The translations under genes and the position numbers were made by a program. The notes under the pieces were generated by a model. The model was not told the DNA's origin. It did no database searches and saw nothing but the letters and a program-made list of their open reading frames with translations. DNA of 58,179 nucleotides, filler included, from Nemertoderma westbladi (lineage: Eukaryota; Animalia; Xenacoelomorpha): NCBI GenBank assembly GCA_032718475.1. It is 2 parts of 2 records of this genome, joined end to end, with 100 filler letters (N's around TTAATTAATTAA, not from the genome) between each part and the next. Parts side by side here need not be neighbours in the genome. Positions count along the whole stretch, not along the records: positions 1 to 26,868 come from JAUCBJ010001815.1; positions 26,969 to 58,179 come from JAUCBJ010004739.1. One strand, given 5' to 3'. The first letter of the stretch is position 1. Every line of letters begins with the position of its first letter. This document shows, in pieces, positions 25,210-38,629 of this stretch.

Positions 25210-26616
25210 TCAGCCTGACCCGGGGCGGTTTGGCAGCGCCGTGGGTGACTCTGCGGAATTCCGAGTCCGTCCGGAGTCGGAACGGAAAATAGCCGAGTTG
25301 GTTGGTGTGGAACGATCGGAACGCAAGGAATCGGAGTCGGAACGTGCGTCGGTCTGGACGGAACGTACACTACCGTTGGCCGCAGCCACGGGATGACTTG
25401 CACCGGAGTCGGAATTGTACGAATTGGTGGACACTTTTGTCCTTCCGGAATCCGCTTTTGTTCGCACCGACTCCGGCGGATTGACGGATTGTTGTTTCTC
25501 GCGCGTCCGCGATATAACTCGCCCGTGCTCGTCGGTAATGTTATATAGCCCCGGCTCGTCGTCGCTATCTACATCCGGTGTGACGTACACAACCTCGAGG
25601 ATGACGTCACCAACCTGATCAGACAGAATGTTGACGGCTTCTGTGTGTCTGGCTTCGCGAAGATCAACACCGTTCACCGACAGTATAGCATCTCCCACAA
25701 ACAGGTTTTGGGAGCGGTGTGCGGGTAGCCCGGAATGTACCTCGGATATAAGCACAGGGACTCCGTGCTCCTTCCCTCCCGTTATGCTCATTCCGAGCCC
25801 CTCCTCTGCCCGTTTGTGTAGGGTAACCCATCGAACCTCGCCGATTCCCTGTCTGTTCCGCATCTGCCCTGCGGGGGGCGGTGCCTGCAGACGATTCTTG
25901 GGACTGGCTCGACCTCGACATGCCTTTATCACGGTTTTGTGGCGGTGTAGATGGATTTCGGCTTCCAGTTGGTTCCATAAACGGTCGTGCTCGGGGCCTC
26001 TAAGATCCCGACCCAGAAGTTGAATCTGTTGGATTCTCCCCGCCAACTCCTTGTCGAGGTACTTAGCCGCCAGTCGCGCTCCATACAACTCCCCTTGTAT
26101 TGCCACAGTGTGCTGCCTGAGCTCCAGATTCTCCGCCATCAACTCATCGACTTCCGACTGCAACCGACTCTCACGGAACTTATCCACTTTAAAGCTGTGA
26201 CTCTCCGCTTCTAGTTTTCGAAGAATGCTCTCGGAGTCTGAATCCTTAGACGTTTTATTGTGCAACTGGAGTTGCAATGAGTGTAACTGTAACATTTGGC
26301 GTTGCAGTTCTTTCTGAAGAACTTCCACCAAAGCAGTAGAATCCAAAGAGTTCGATTTCGACTTATTTAAATCTCTTTCAAGTTTCAGATTCGTCTGGAA
26401 CACCGTCTGTGATCGGTGACACAGTTGCGCGAATGCGGCACTTAACGAGGTCATCTTCTGTCGTCCATCGTACGTTATCTCGCATTGGTCCGGGTCAATG
26501 TCTCCCAGAAGAATATCCAAGTCGACGAATGCTTTATCGAAATCTTTTTCTAAGGATTCTAGCCATTGGAATAGATTTAACGATCCCCCAACATTGTTAT
26601 TAACATTAGTGGCCAT
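25210..26616 (-). CDS. GOPC: Golgi-associated PDZ and coiled-coil motif protein (PIST/CAL), intronless
   Basis: [73 protein letters not shown], and PDZ motif [21 protein letters not shown]. Confidence 0.95.
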   Translation of the reverse strand: MATNVNNNVGGSLNLFQWLESLEKDFDKAFVDLDILLGDIDPDQCEITYDGRQKMTSLSAAFAQLCHRSQTVFQTNLKLERDLNKSKSNSLDSTALVEVLQKELQRQMLQLHSLQLQLHNKTSKDSDSESILRKLEAESHSFKVDKFRESRLQSEVDELMAENLELRQHTVAIQGELYGARLAAKYLDKELAGRIQQIQLLGRDLRGPEHDRLWNQLEAEIHLHRHKTVIKACRGRASPKNRLQAPPPAGQMRNRQGIGEVRWVTLHKRAEEGLGMSITGGKEHGVPVLISEVHSGLPAHRSQNLFVGDAILSVNGVDLREARHTEAVNILSDQVGDVILEVVYVTPDVDSDDEPGLYNITDEHGRVISRTREKQQSVNPPESVRTKADSGRTKVSTNSYNSDSGASHPVAAANGSVRSVQTDARSDSDSLRSDRSTPTNSAIFRSDSGRTRNSAESPTALPNRPGSG

Positions 26617-26868
26617 TGTGAAGTATCAGTTCAGATTTTTCAGAAGGAATTTAGAAGTAGGCCTTAACCTTTAGGCCTAGCTGCCTAGTGCAAGTGCAGT
26701 AGTTGGTGTCAGACACAGACGGTACCTACAGTACCAGCACCACAGTCCACAGTACCACTTAGCTGCTTAGTTAACAGTAGTTGTTCTCCAGAATAAGAAA
26801 ACAGGCAGACAGGTGCCGGACCTGTACTTCGTGACTCGGCGTACCCTGCGTACCTGGTCCTTCAATCT

Positions 26869-26968
26869 NNNNNNNNNNNNNNNNNNNNNNNNNNNNNNNN
26901 NNNNNNNNNNNNTTAATTAATTAANNNNNNNNNNNNNNNNNNNNNNNNNNNNNNNNNNNNNNNNNNNN
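26869..26968. other. Artificial assembly spacer (44 N + TTAATTAATTAA + 44 N)
   Basis: Exactly 100 nt with a six-frame stop linker, so this is a contig join. Confidence 0.95.
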
Positions 26969-28811
26969 CGTAAATGATTTAGGTAATTCAATATTCAATG
27001 TAATTGATAAAACATCCGTTACTAGTTGTAGAGTTGTGACTGCCAAGAAATATACTAGATTATTCTTCTATATATTTGTCTTGGTTAGTTAGGTGGTTGG
27101 GTTAGGAAGGGGGGGGGGGGGGGGGGGGGTCACCGTTGCAAACCTACTAAGCAACAATGTCAACAACCAAAATATATATTAAAAATAGGCCTATTCATTT
27201 AATTCCTTTACTTTCTCTACAACATATATATATATATAACTGAAAACTAATTTGTAATTAATTATTTATTCGTTTATTATATCAGGTTCAGGTTCGATAT
27301 AATTGTTTCACACAAATCTCAAACTTAGTTTATTTATAATAAAATTAAACAAACAAGTATCACAATTAAGGACTACATAACATAATTAAGTTAAACATAA
27401 ATATGTAATTTATATATATTTACCATATATAGAACATTAAATAAAAAAAAAACGAAAATATAACTGTACGGTGTGAGAACCAAATGTATGCAATAAAAAA
27501 CATTTTTAAGTGATTTGACGTCAGTTGTTTTTCAAAACACCACTAGCAATTATTTACCATATATATATATTTATTTACCATAAAATAGAATAAAGGATTT
27601 AATCCTTTATTCCGTATTGCTTACAACTGGTTCTCTCACCCTACAGTTATATTTTTGGTTTTAATTAATATTATATATTTACCATATACCAAAGTTTTTA
27701 ATTACTCATTTAATCTGGTGCTATATAAATTGTTTAACTCGATAATGTAATGTACCGCATCGAATAAACGTATATACATTGATATTTACCAAGTATATTG
27801 AATGTATATAATATATATTATATAGAGACAAAGTAACTGTTTTTAACCCCATTATGATTGTGTTTATTTCACGAGCGCATATCAAACGTAGGTCTATTTA
27901 TAATTAAAGAATAGCTGTTTTTAATTACAATTGTCTTTTTTTATATAGTTTCAATCTCGACACGGAGTTAAAAAACAGTTAATTTTTTCATAATAAAGAA
28001 AATTAATAATCACGATTTATACAAATATTAATAATATATTTGTATTATATTTATCTTTGTTTTAATACAACGAATAATAATTCAGTTGAATCTTTGTGCT
28101 GTGTTTTTTTTTATATAACAATTAGTTTTGCTGTCACTATTTGCTACTTGTATCCGATTGGCTGTTGGGTATGTACGCAACTTTACCTGTCGGCTTTACT
28201 ACCTATACCTTTACTAAAGTTAGCAGATACCTCCCTATGCCCTGAATGCTGTCATTAAAGAACAAAATCAAATTGAAATTCGCTGTACCGTAATCAGAAA
28301 GACAGTTTCTAAGATGAGATTAATTCAGTCCGGTAGTGCTGGTGGTAGAGATTTATTAATAATCACTAATTTATTTCTGCAATACTTTGTGTTTTACTAA
28401 CACTAATTAGCTAAGGGTTACTCGTGTTAATACAGTAGCTTCGCCACTTACCATACACCACTACTCACACCTAGACACAAAACATCCATCATCACATTAT
28501 TCACAACCAAATGCAATTATCAATCAAGTCAATAAGATAATAATAATAATAAGACAGTCAATAACTTATATTCTGGAGTTTTAGTAAATTTTAGAACTCA
28601 GAAAGTTAATTCAAGAATTATTACATCCACCTACTCCTTTCCACTTCAGTGGAAGACTGTAACAGAAGGGCTCAATCTAACCAAAACAACAAACTAATTA
28701 GTCTGTACAGACAGGTTATAAGAAAGCAATCAGCTCTATATAACACTTAATATGAAGTAATTAAAGAAATACAAATTATTCATATATAAAATGTCAATAA
28801 CCGAAAAAGTG

Positions 28812-31135
28812 AAAACCTGCTATTCTACACACGTGAGCATAAAACCTGCTATTCTACACACGTGAGCATAAAACCTGCTATTCTACACACGTGAGCATAA
28901 AACCTGCTATTCTACACACGTGAGCATAAAACCTGCTATTCTACACACGTGAGCATAAAACCTGCTATTCTACACACGTGAGCATAAAACCTGCTATTCT
29001 ACACACGTGTGCATAAAACCTGCTATTCTACACACGTGAGCATAAAACCTGCCATTCTACACACGTGAGCATAAAACCTGCTATTCTACACACGTGAGCA
29101 TAAAACCTGCTATTCTACACACGTGAGCATAAAACCTGCTATTCTACACACGTGAGCATAAAACCTGCTATTCTACACACGTGAGCATAAAACCTGCTAT
29201 TCTACACACGTGAGCATAAAACCTGCTATTCTACACACGTGAGCATAAAACCTGCTATTCTACACACGTGAGCATAAAACCTGCTATTCTACACACGTGA
29301 GCATAAAACCTGCTATTCTACACACGTGAGCATAAAACCTGCTATTCTACACACGTGAGCATAAAACCTGCTATTCTACACACGTGAGCATAAAACCTGC
29401 TATTCTACACACGTGAGCATAAAACCTGCTATTCTACACACGTGAGCATAAAACCTGCTATTCTACACACGTGAGCATAAAACCTGCTATTCTACACACG
29501 TGAGCATAAAACCTGCTATTCTACACACGTGAGCATAAAACCTGCTATTCTACACACGTGAACATAAAACCTGCTATTCTACACACGTGAGCATAAAACC
29601 TGCTATTCTACACACGTGAGCATAAAACCTGCTATTCTACACACGTGAGCATAAAACCTGCTATTCTACACACGTGAGCATAAAACCTGCTATTCTACAC
29701 ACGTGAGCATAAAACCTGCTATTCTACACACATGAGCATAAAACCTGCTATTCTACACACGTGAGCATAAAACCTGCTATTCTACACACGTGAGCATAAA
29801 ACCTGCTATTCTACACACGTGAGCATAAAACCTGCTATTCTACACACGTGAGCATAAAACCTGCTATTCTACACACGTGAGCATAAAACCTGCTATTCTA
29901 CACACGTGAGCATAAAGCCTGCTATTCTACACACGTGAGCATAAAACCTGCTATTCTACACACGTGAGCATAAAACCTGCTATTCTACACACGTGAGCAT
30001 AAAACCTGCTATTCTACACACGTGAGCATAAAACCTGCTATTCTACACACGTGAGCATAAAACCTGCTATTCTACACACGTGAGCATAAAACCTGCTATT
30101 CTACACACGTGAGCATAAAACCTGCTATTATACACACGTGAGCATAAAACCTGCTATTCTACACACGTGAGCATAAAACCTGCTATTCTACACACGTGAG
30201 CATAAAACCTGCTATTCTACACACGTGAGCATAAAACCTGCTATTCTACACACGTGAGCATAAAACCTGCTATTCTACACACGTGAGCATAAAACCTGCT
30301 ATTCTACACACGTGAGCATAAAACCTGCTATTCTACACACGTGAGCATAAAACCTGCTATTCTACACACGTGAGCATAAAACCTGCTATTCTACACACGT
30401 GAGCATAAAACCTGCTATTCTACACACGTGAGCATAAAACCTGCTATTCTACACACGTGAGCATAAAACCTGCTATTCTACACACGTGAGCATAAAACCT
30501 GCTATTCTACACACGTGAGCATAAAACCTGCTATTCTACACACGTGAGCATAAAACCTGCTATTCTACACACGTGAGCATAAAACCTGCTATTCTACACA
30601 CGTGAGCATAAAACCTGCTATTCTAACACGTGAGCATAAAACCTGCTATTCTACACACGTGAGCATAAAACCTGCTATTCTACACACGTGAGCATAAAAC
30701 CTGCTATTCTACACACGTGAGCATAAAACCTGCTATTCTACACACGTGAGCATAAAACCTGCTATTCTACACACGTGAGCATAAAACCTGCTATTCTACA
30801 CACGTGAGCATAAAACCTGCTATTCTACACACGTGAGCTTAAAACCTGCTATTCTACACACGTGAGCATAAAACCTGCTATTCTACACACGTGAGCATAA
30901 AACCTGCTATTCTACACACGTGAGCATAAAACCTGCTATTCTACACACGTGAGCATAAAACCTGCTATTCTACACACGTGAGCATAAAACCTGCTATTCT
31001 ACACACGTGAGCATAAAACCTGCTATTCTACACACGTGAGCATAAAACCTGCTATTCTACACACGTGAGCATAAAACCTGCTATTCTACACACGTGAGCA
31101 TAAAACCTGCTATTCTACACACGTGAGCATAAAAC
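28812..31135. repeat. Highly homogeneous 29-bp minisatellite (AAAACCTGCTATTCTACACACGTGAGCAT), ~80 copies
   Basis: Visible array with very few variant units. Confidence 0.97.
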
Positions 31136-31302
31136 CACAGCTAAAATAGATTGATGTAATTAAATATATATATAATCTTTGATTAAATGCATTATATTAT
31201 CTATTCTGTCTGTTTCGTGTCACTTTAAACTGTATATTTTTTGCTGGACTTAATGGCTTTCCTGTGGCGTACTTTCAATATTATTATTTACCCCATTTAG
31301 TC

Positions 31303-31625
31303 AATAAATAAATAAATAAAATAAAATAAAATAAAATAAAATAAAATAAAATAAAATAAAATAAAATAAAATAAAATAAAATAAAATAAAATAAAATAAA
31401 ATAAAATAAAATAAAATAAAATAAAATAAAATAAAATAAAATAAAATAAAATAAAATAAAATAAAATAAAATAAAATAAAATAAAATAAAATAAAATAAA
31501 ATAAAATAAAATAAAATAAAATAAAATAAAATAAAATAAAATAAAATAAAATAAAATAAAATAAAATAAAATAAAATAAAATAAAATAAAATAAAATAAA
31601 ATAAAATAAAATAAAATAAAATAAA
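31303..31625. repeat. (AAAAT)n microsatellite, ~60 units
   Basis: Visible pentamer run; explains the spurious FYFIL ORFs. Confidence 0.97.
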
Positions 31626-31685
31626 TAATAATATCAACCAATAATGAATATCGCCATAAACCTCAGAAATGTAAAAAATGAGAAA

Positions 31686-31763
31686 GCGCGTCACCGGGGG
31701 TTGAACCAGCGTTTCAGCCTAACAGGCCTCATCAGTAGCGCTAACCAGTTCAGCCACTTGTCC
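31686..31763 (-). ncRNA. tRNA-like Pol III element with hammerhead-ribozyme-like core (probably degenerate, repeat-derived)
   Basis: GGACAAG-TGGCTGAACTGG (A box)-TTAGCGCTA-CTGATGA-GGCCTGTTAGGCT-GAAAC-GCTGGTTCAACCCC (B box)-CGGTGACGCGC. Confidence 0.5.
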
Positions 31764-33059
31764 CTGACATTCACTCTCCCACCTAATACACTTCTATTGA
31801 ACAGGCAGTTTTAAGTTGCATATCCTATCTTAACAGCGGACCTACCGGCCTTTATGCCTTTATATTTTTAGTTTATTTTTATGAGGTATTTTAATCGTTC
31901 CAGTGCCAGTTCCAGTTCCAGATCAGTTGTTTCTACTGACATCCGCTTACAGCACTCGGCCACTGTGTAACTGTTTTTCTAAATAGGACAGTTCTGTAAT
32001 AGTAGTTATCTTACAGCACTGCACCGGACTCTCCAACCTGCCATCCTTTCATTCAGCGAGTTAATCACCATTCATATCATTTTGTCAGATGGACGTCTCT
32101 TTTGTCCAGAGTAGGTTATTAAAATCCAATTCATATTATATTCAGTTATACCAACTTTTATAAAAATTTACCAATCATGAAAATAAATAAGTATATAAGT
32201 AACGGAAAGGGATGTATTCAAATAGTAATAGGTGTGCTAACATTATTAGACACAGTAAGCAAGTGTAATTATACGTCAATTCTCTTGTTTTTCCTCTTGT
32301 TCTAACATGTAGTAGTGTTGCTGATTAGTCATTAGTTGGTTTACCGGTACTTATTTAATTTCCTCTACCCTCTCTGGTGCATTATGAACGCGGCTTGCTG
32401 CTGTAACGGTGCAATATTTGGGATTGTATTTATACTGAATGCACACTACCAGGTCTATAGTAAGCCTACTATGTGGAGTGAAGTACATGTTGACCTATAT
32501 AAAATAATATTACCTTATACCTATAATGGACAGGATACAAGGCCCGCCCTGTTTGCCCATTCGTTTCTTAATAAATTCTAAAAAGAAGTTTTAATTACCG
32601 AAATCTCGCCTCCCCTGCAATAACCCGGTATACTATTGGTGTCCAGTTTTCAGTACTGCACTAGAGCTCTCACTCAGTTCCGAAGTATTCGCTGGGAGTA
32701 GTAGACACTTGGACTTGGACCCCACTGACTGGCGCCAGACTGTCTTAAAATTAAACCCTAATAGGTGTCTTATGACTCCTAGTTAGGGTTTAATTGATTA
32801 TCCTAATTAATCAGACTGATTAGCGCCCTGACACACAATGGTCATCAGTGTTGTCCAAGTGTCACAAAGAGGTGCAAAGTGTGTCATCCTCAGCTCTTTT
32901 ATTTATTAATACTTATTTATTTCTATTTAATTTTACTTTAATTATTTGTATTTAATATTACTTTATATATTGATTCCTATTTTTAGAATTACCAATAATT
33001 AGTTTATAAATTACTTTCTAAATGATGTCTTTGTTGACACCGCATTGCTATATTTAGCA

Positions 33060-33180
33060 ATTTGCTGGTCGAAAAGCCAACCAACCACCAAGGTTAAGGC
33101 TGAATCACCAGCCGATCGCCTCAATGGTTGGAAGGCCCACTTTGAAAAGCTCCTCAATAATGACAGGGTATTGCCTGAGA
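33060..33180 (+). pseudogene. Short LINE ORF2 fragment (RTE-like)
   Basis: DRLNGWKAHFEKLLN resembles the W..HF..LLN motif upstream of LINE RT domains. Confidence 0.45.
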
Positions 33181-33563
33181 CAGACTATGCCTCACTGAGG
33201 CACAGACTATGCCTCACTGAGGCACAGACTATGCCTCACTGAGGCACAGACTATGCCTCACTGAGGCACAGACTATGCCTCACTGAGGCACAGACTATGC
33301 CTCACTGAGGCACAGACTATGCCTCATTGAGGCACAGACTATGCCTCACTGAGGCACAGACTATGCCTCACTGAGGCACAGACTATGCCTCACTGAGGCA
33401 CAGACTATGCCTCACTGAGGCACAGACTATGCCTTACTGAGGCACAGACTATGCCTCACTGAGGCACAGACTATGCCTCACTGAGGCACAGACTATGCCT
33501 CACTGAGGCACAGACTATGACTCACTGAGGCACAGACTATGACTCACTGAGGCACAGACTATG
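33172..33563. repeat. 22-bp minisatellite with internal palindrome (CTGAGGCACAGACTATGCCTCA), ~17 copies
   Basis: Visible array; each unit has a TGAGGCA/TGCCTCA stem. Confidence 0.95.
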
Positions 33564-33923
33564 TGAATGAGAATGTTTTTTAGTTTGAATATCTTTTAGT
33601 TTGAATGTTTTGGCCTAAAATGCTTAGAAGTAATTTAAAAAAACTGATCATTTCATGATCATGATCTTTTGACCCCCTAGAATTGAACTTTTTTATGCCC
33701 AAATTTTGGGCCCCCCAAGTCGAGGGTGAGGAATCTTTTTGTAATGTTAAGTTTTTCCATAATGGTGAACTCACAGGACTTGATCTTTGAAAAAACACTG
33801 AAAACTCATTCTTTTCTGATCGCGGCCTGATCAAATCGCTTTTTGGAAATTTCGAAATATATAAAAATTGCCCCTTCCGAATATAAGTCGATTAGTAAAT
33901 CGGGTGTCTCGAAGATAGTTAAT

Positions 33924-34576
33924 TGTAATTAACAATAATAACTGTTTGTAATTAACAATAATAACTGTTTGTAATTAACAATAATAACTGTTTGTAATTA
34001 ACAATAATAACTGTTTGTAATTAACAATAATAACTGTTTGTAATTAACATTAATAACTGTTTGTAATTAACAATAATAACTGTTTGTAATTAACAATAAT
34101 AACTGTTTGTAATTAACAATAATAACTGTTTGTAATTAACAATAATAACTGTTTGTAATTAACAATAATAACTGTTTGTAATTAACAATAATAACTGTTT
34201 GTAATTAACAATAATAACTGTTTGTAATTAACAATAATAACTGTTTGTAATTAACAATAATAACTGTTTGTAATTAACAATAATAACTGTTTGTAATTAA
34301 CAATAATAACTGTTTGTAATTAACAATAATAACTGTTTGTAATTAACAATAATAACTGTTTGTAATTAACAATAATAACTGTTTGTAATTAACAATAATA
34401 ACTGTTTGTAATTAACAATAATAACTGTTTGTAATTAACAATAATAACTGTTTGTAATTAACAATAATAACTGTTTGTAATTAACAATAATAACTGTTTG
34501 TAATTAACAATAATAACTGTTTGTAATTAACAATAATAACTGTTTGTAATTAACAATAATAACTGTTTGTAATTAA
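33924..34576. repeat. 23-bp minisatellite (TGTAATTAACAATAATAACTGTT), ~28 copies
   Basis: Visible array. Confidence 0.95.
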
Positions 34577-34918
34577 GCCCATGAGCTATTAAATTGGAAC
34601 TATAATGACTTTCACAATTATAACTACTGACGCTTTGATTTAGAACTATTGACGTACCCGGTTTGGAACTAAACTGCTTTTGAACTAACGACACCCAATC
34701 ATATCAGGATGCCACCAAACTTAGTCTATCAAAAGTTTAATATTATATACACAGACATACTTGTTCCTCTGTGGGCTGTTAGGGGGCGAAGAACTAGGTC
34801 CACTAATTGTACACAAGGGCTTAAATAGACTTCAACTCAATTATGCCCCCATGTACATGTTATTATATTCAAAGCCGAAACCAATAAGCAATAAAACTGT
34901 AGCTTCCTATATATATTG

Positions 34919-36360
34919 GGCAGTGATTTTTTATGTCCTTTTATTTGACTTTTTTTGTCCTTTTTTTTTACGAATTGTGCATAATGACTTTTGTTGTCCT
35001 TTTAATGACTTTTGTTGTCCTTTTTATGTATGTATTTCTTCAAACTGTCAGACTGCTGATTTCTGGACTGTCAGACAGTTGATTTCAACATGCCTATGCC
35101 AAAGCATTCGAAATTTGTTGATTTCTGGTCTGTCGGACAGTTGGTTTCACTATGCCTGTGCCAAAACATTCAAAATTCCATGATTTATAAACTATGAGAT
35201 AGATTTCCATATGCGCCTGTGGTAAAAGACTCTAAATTTAATAGTTTGTGGTTGTTGTCGATAATCGATTACCACATGACGTATCAAAACACTCATTTTA
35301 TAGCCAAAAACAATTACCAATTGATGGAAAGGAGCAGGTTAAGGCCGGATTTTCTAACCAAAACAATAAACAGTCACTTTACCAAATGAAGGAAAGGAGC
35401 AGGTTACAGAGGCGGGCCTTTCTAACCAAAACAATAAACGATCATTCAACTAATTGAGGGAAAGGAGCGGGTTATAGAGGTGGGATTTTCTAACCAAAAC
35501 AATAAACAGTCACTATACCAAATCAGGGAAAGGAGCAGGTTACAGAGGCGGGCCTTTCTAACCAAAACAATAAAGGATCATTCAACTAATTGAGGGAAAG
35601 GAGCGGGTTACAGAGGCGGGATTTTCTAACCAAAACAATAAACAGTCACATTACCAAATCAGGGAAAGGAGCAGGTTACAGAGACGGGATTTTCTAACCA
35701 AAACAATAAACGATAACATTACCAATTGAGAGAAAGGAGCAGGTTACAGAGGCGAGATTTTCTAACAATAAATACAATAAATAAACAATAAAATGTCATG
35801 AACATAACAATAAACTATGTAAAACCGGTACCGGTACTAAAATTCTGAAATTACCGTAATTAATAAATTACCTTTATCATTATTATTATTATATTATGTG
35901 GGTGGAGACACCGCTGTCATAGAAGCGTATAAACAAAACTGCACATAATAAACAGGAGAAAGTTGAACAGTGAATAAAACAAAATGACTTATACTATGGA
36001 CTACTTTATCACAATTCAGCAATTAGGCCTATCATATTTACAACTGTACATATCACAGAATCAGTGAGTCAATACCTAATGCTGTAATGTAGTATAATAC
36101 AGTCAGACAGTATAATTATTTCTAAGGCATATGCTTTATAGTTTATACCTACATACAATGCAATACTGCAAAATAGTGCTCTATATATCTGTATATACTA
36201 ATACCGGTACTTATAGCCTAAGAGAACAGCAGTAGAGAAACCGGTAGCAAGGAACCCAACGGTAGATTTGCGGAGGACATAAAAAGTAAAAAAAAAGGAC
36301 ATAAAAAGTAAAAAAAAAAGGACAAAAAAAGGATTTAAACGGACAAGAAAAATTATTGCG
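34919..36360. mobile_element. Non-autonomous MULE-like element
   Basis: 9-bp TSD TATATATTG (34910-34918, 36361-36369). Imperfect TIRs GGCAGTGATTTTTTATGTCC / GGACAAGAAAAATTATTGCG with mirrored TTTTGTCC/GGACAAAA subterminal repeats. Confidence 0.7.
35300..35770. repeat. ~67-bp tandem repeat, ~7 copies, inside the MULE-like element
   Basis: GGAAAGGAGCAGGTTACAGAGGCGGGATTTTCTAACCAAAACAATAAA recurs with alternating variants. Confidence 0.9.
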
Positions 36361-36393
36361 TATATATTGTATTAATTAATATTTATATAAACG

Positions 36394-36666
36394 ATGAAGA
36401 CTTCCTGTTTATTAACTATACTATGCGCTGCGACACTTCCGCTATGGGGGGCTACGAGTGGAGCGGACTTGCATTCAGTACTTTTGGAGGACTACGACAT
36501 GCGAACTATTCCAATGATTGAAGAGAAAGCGGTTGATCTCAAAATGAAACTCGCACTATTGAAAATTGTAGAGTTCGACATCGCAACTCGAGTTATTTCT
36601 GTGGTCGTCTGGCAGTACATGGGATGGCAGGACGATAGATTAGCGTGGAATACAACTGAACACGAG
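36394..36666 (+). CDS. Cys-loop ligand-gated ion channel (nAChR-like) subunit, first coding exon
   Basis: Signal peptide, LHSVLLEDYD..P, VWQYMGWQDDRLAWN. Phase-0 donor GAG|GTAAC. Confidence 0.85.
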
Positions 36667-36914
36667 GTAACAAGCCAGTAATATTATAATACACTCTTTT
36701 ATTGATCGAAGTGAGAGTAAAATTTAAATAAGGTCGCTTGTTTATAGTTTATTTAATAATTATATCTTATAGATATAGATAGTCTAGATCTACATAGGCA
36801 ATCTAAATATAGATGGTGATAGCCTACCTGCCTACTTCATAACAGCATATGGCCTATGGCTGAATGACAAAGGTACAATGAAGGTAGTAGGCCTACAGCC
36901 TGTTAGGTGTTTAT

Positions 36915-37130
36915 ATGGGTAAATGCAAGGCATGCGGAGGATTCCAACAGAAACTGAGAAGCGGGGGTTATTGCAACACTTGCGCTGTATCCGTCCCAAT
37001 TAATCCTTCACAGATGCATACAGGTACGCCTCAGACAGCAATAGGTTTAGCATTCCCCAATACCACCTTTCAATTGCCGCAATCACAACCCGCTACCGGA
37101 TCGTCCATAGGTTTGCTCGGCCCGCAGTTG
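36915..37130 (+). pseudogene. Probable 5' part of LINE ORF1, interrupted by TIR element copy B
   Basis: MGKCKACGG..GYCNTC CxxC pair. The ORF is cut exactly at the TIR, and ORF1-like sequence resumes at 52352. Confidence 0.45.
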
Positions 37131-38629
37131 GAGAGAGGGCTGTTGCGCTGTCAGTCAGAGAGGTAACAGCCCGGGGGTAAGGATTTACCCTGGGACCTGT
37201 ATTAGGCAAAATAGCAGTAGCTGTGTAGGCCCACCAGTACTGTGCACGGTACAAGATCCGAAATTTAGCCTACATCTGTAAATAATACACGGTTTCGCGG
37301 TGCCAGACCATATAAATTAGACCACCATCTGTAAAATGCTCGCCTGAGTTCAGGAGTTGCATAGATGTCAGGATGTGCTGATTCTATATCATCCACTAAC
37401 AGATTCTGGTACCGTAGCCTGGAACTAGACCACTACAAAAACTGTTGCGAAAGAGTGGGGTGCTGTTAGCGGCATTAGCCTAACATTTCTCGGAGGCTGG
37501 TCCGATAACACTCCACGCATTGTTTGGTCGGACATTGTGTGACGGGATCCGAAAATCCCGATTTATCCGGTTGGTTTGTTCACGCGTCCCCGCCGTGTAT
37601 AAAAGAGTTATTAGAGTTCTTCCGTTGTTATTGATATATGTATATGTATATAAAGACATAGAATAAAGCAAGATAGCACAGTTGATGATAATACCGGTAC
37701 TATTGGATGATGGTGGCGACGGCGACGACGGTAACAAAAGTCACCGCTCTGCCCTAGGTGTACTGAGATGACTGAAGTGATGATATGATACAGTGACTGG
37801 TAATATATATTGCACTGGTTGGCCGTATTACATTACTCAGCCGATGCCTTCCCCCCATTGGCTAATAACTCACTTCTCACCCTCTCATCTCTCTGGGAGT
37901 GCCTCCCCCCGCTGCTGTCATTCCCTCTCTCTCAGAGGTGTAACCTCTAACCCCCATTGTGCGTATGTCCTCTGGGGTTTCTTGTCCCCATCTCATTGGG
38001 GTGACACGAGGTTGATTGGCAATCAACCTCGTGTTCCCAATATTGCTTAAGGCGCTCTTTCCCACTTTATGGGGGTTGGTGTGGCGGAATTGAATACGCT
38101 CACACTCCCCCCCATGCTATCTTCCCGGTGAGAAGATAGCATCAACCTCAAAGTGCGCTTCAATTCCGCTGGAACTCGATCTACTATCGGGTGTGGGTGG
38201 AGTTGTTTTTTTTTTCGGAGCCGGCTTTCCAGGCCGCTCCCTATGGGTATGATATCGCTACCCTGGCGTCCCGTGTCGGGCCAATCGTGGCTTTCTCTCA
38301 CACGATTTTTGTTTCCCCAACACTCTCTCCACTCTAACTCCACTCTCTAACTCAACTCGCTCTTACTCTCTCCCCACACCTGAATCGCACTCTTCTCTCT
38401 CTTCTCTCTCGCCAGCAGCTCCTCTCCATACTCCTCTCTACTCTCTACCACTCCCTAAGGCCCTAATCTCTAATGCTACCCCTGTGCTATCATACTATCT
38501 AACTAACTCTCTAACTTACTAACTACTTACTACATTCTAACTCTCTAGCTTACTAACTACTTACTACCTTCTAACTCTCTATTAGCTCTAGCTAAAAACC
38601 CTCTAACTAAGAACTCTCTGCCTATTACT

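Noticed and set aside
26913-26924. Palindrome TTAATTAATTAA
   Set aside because: Artificial linker inside the N spacer.
27420-27680. Degenerate inverted repeat (similar one at ~2717-2884)
   Set aside because: Probably old foldback/MITE remnants; ends and TSDs cannot be resolved.
31284-31694. Hydrophobic FYFIL-repeat ORFs
   Set aside because: They are translations of the (TTTTA)n microsatellite.
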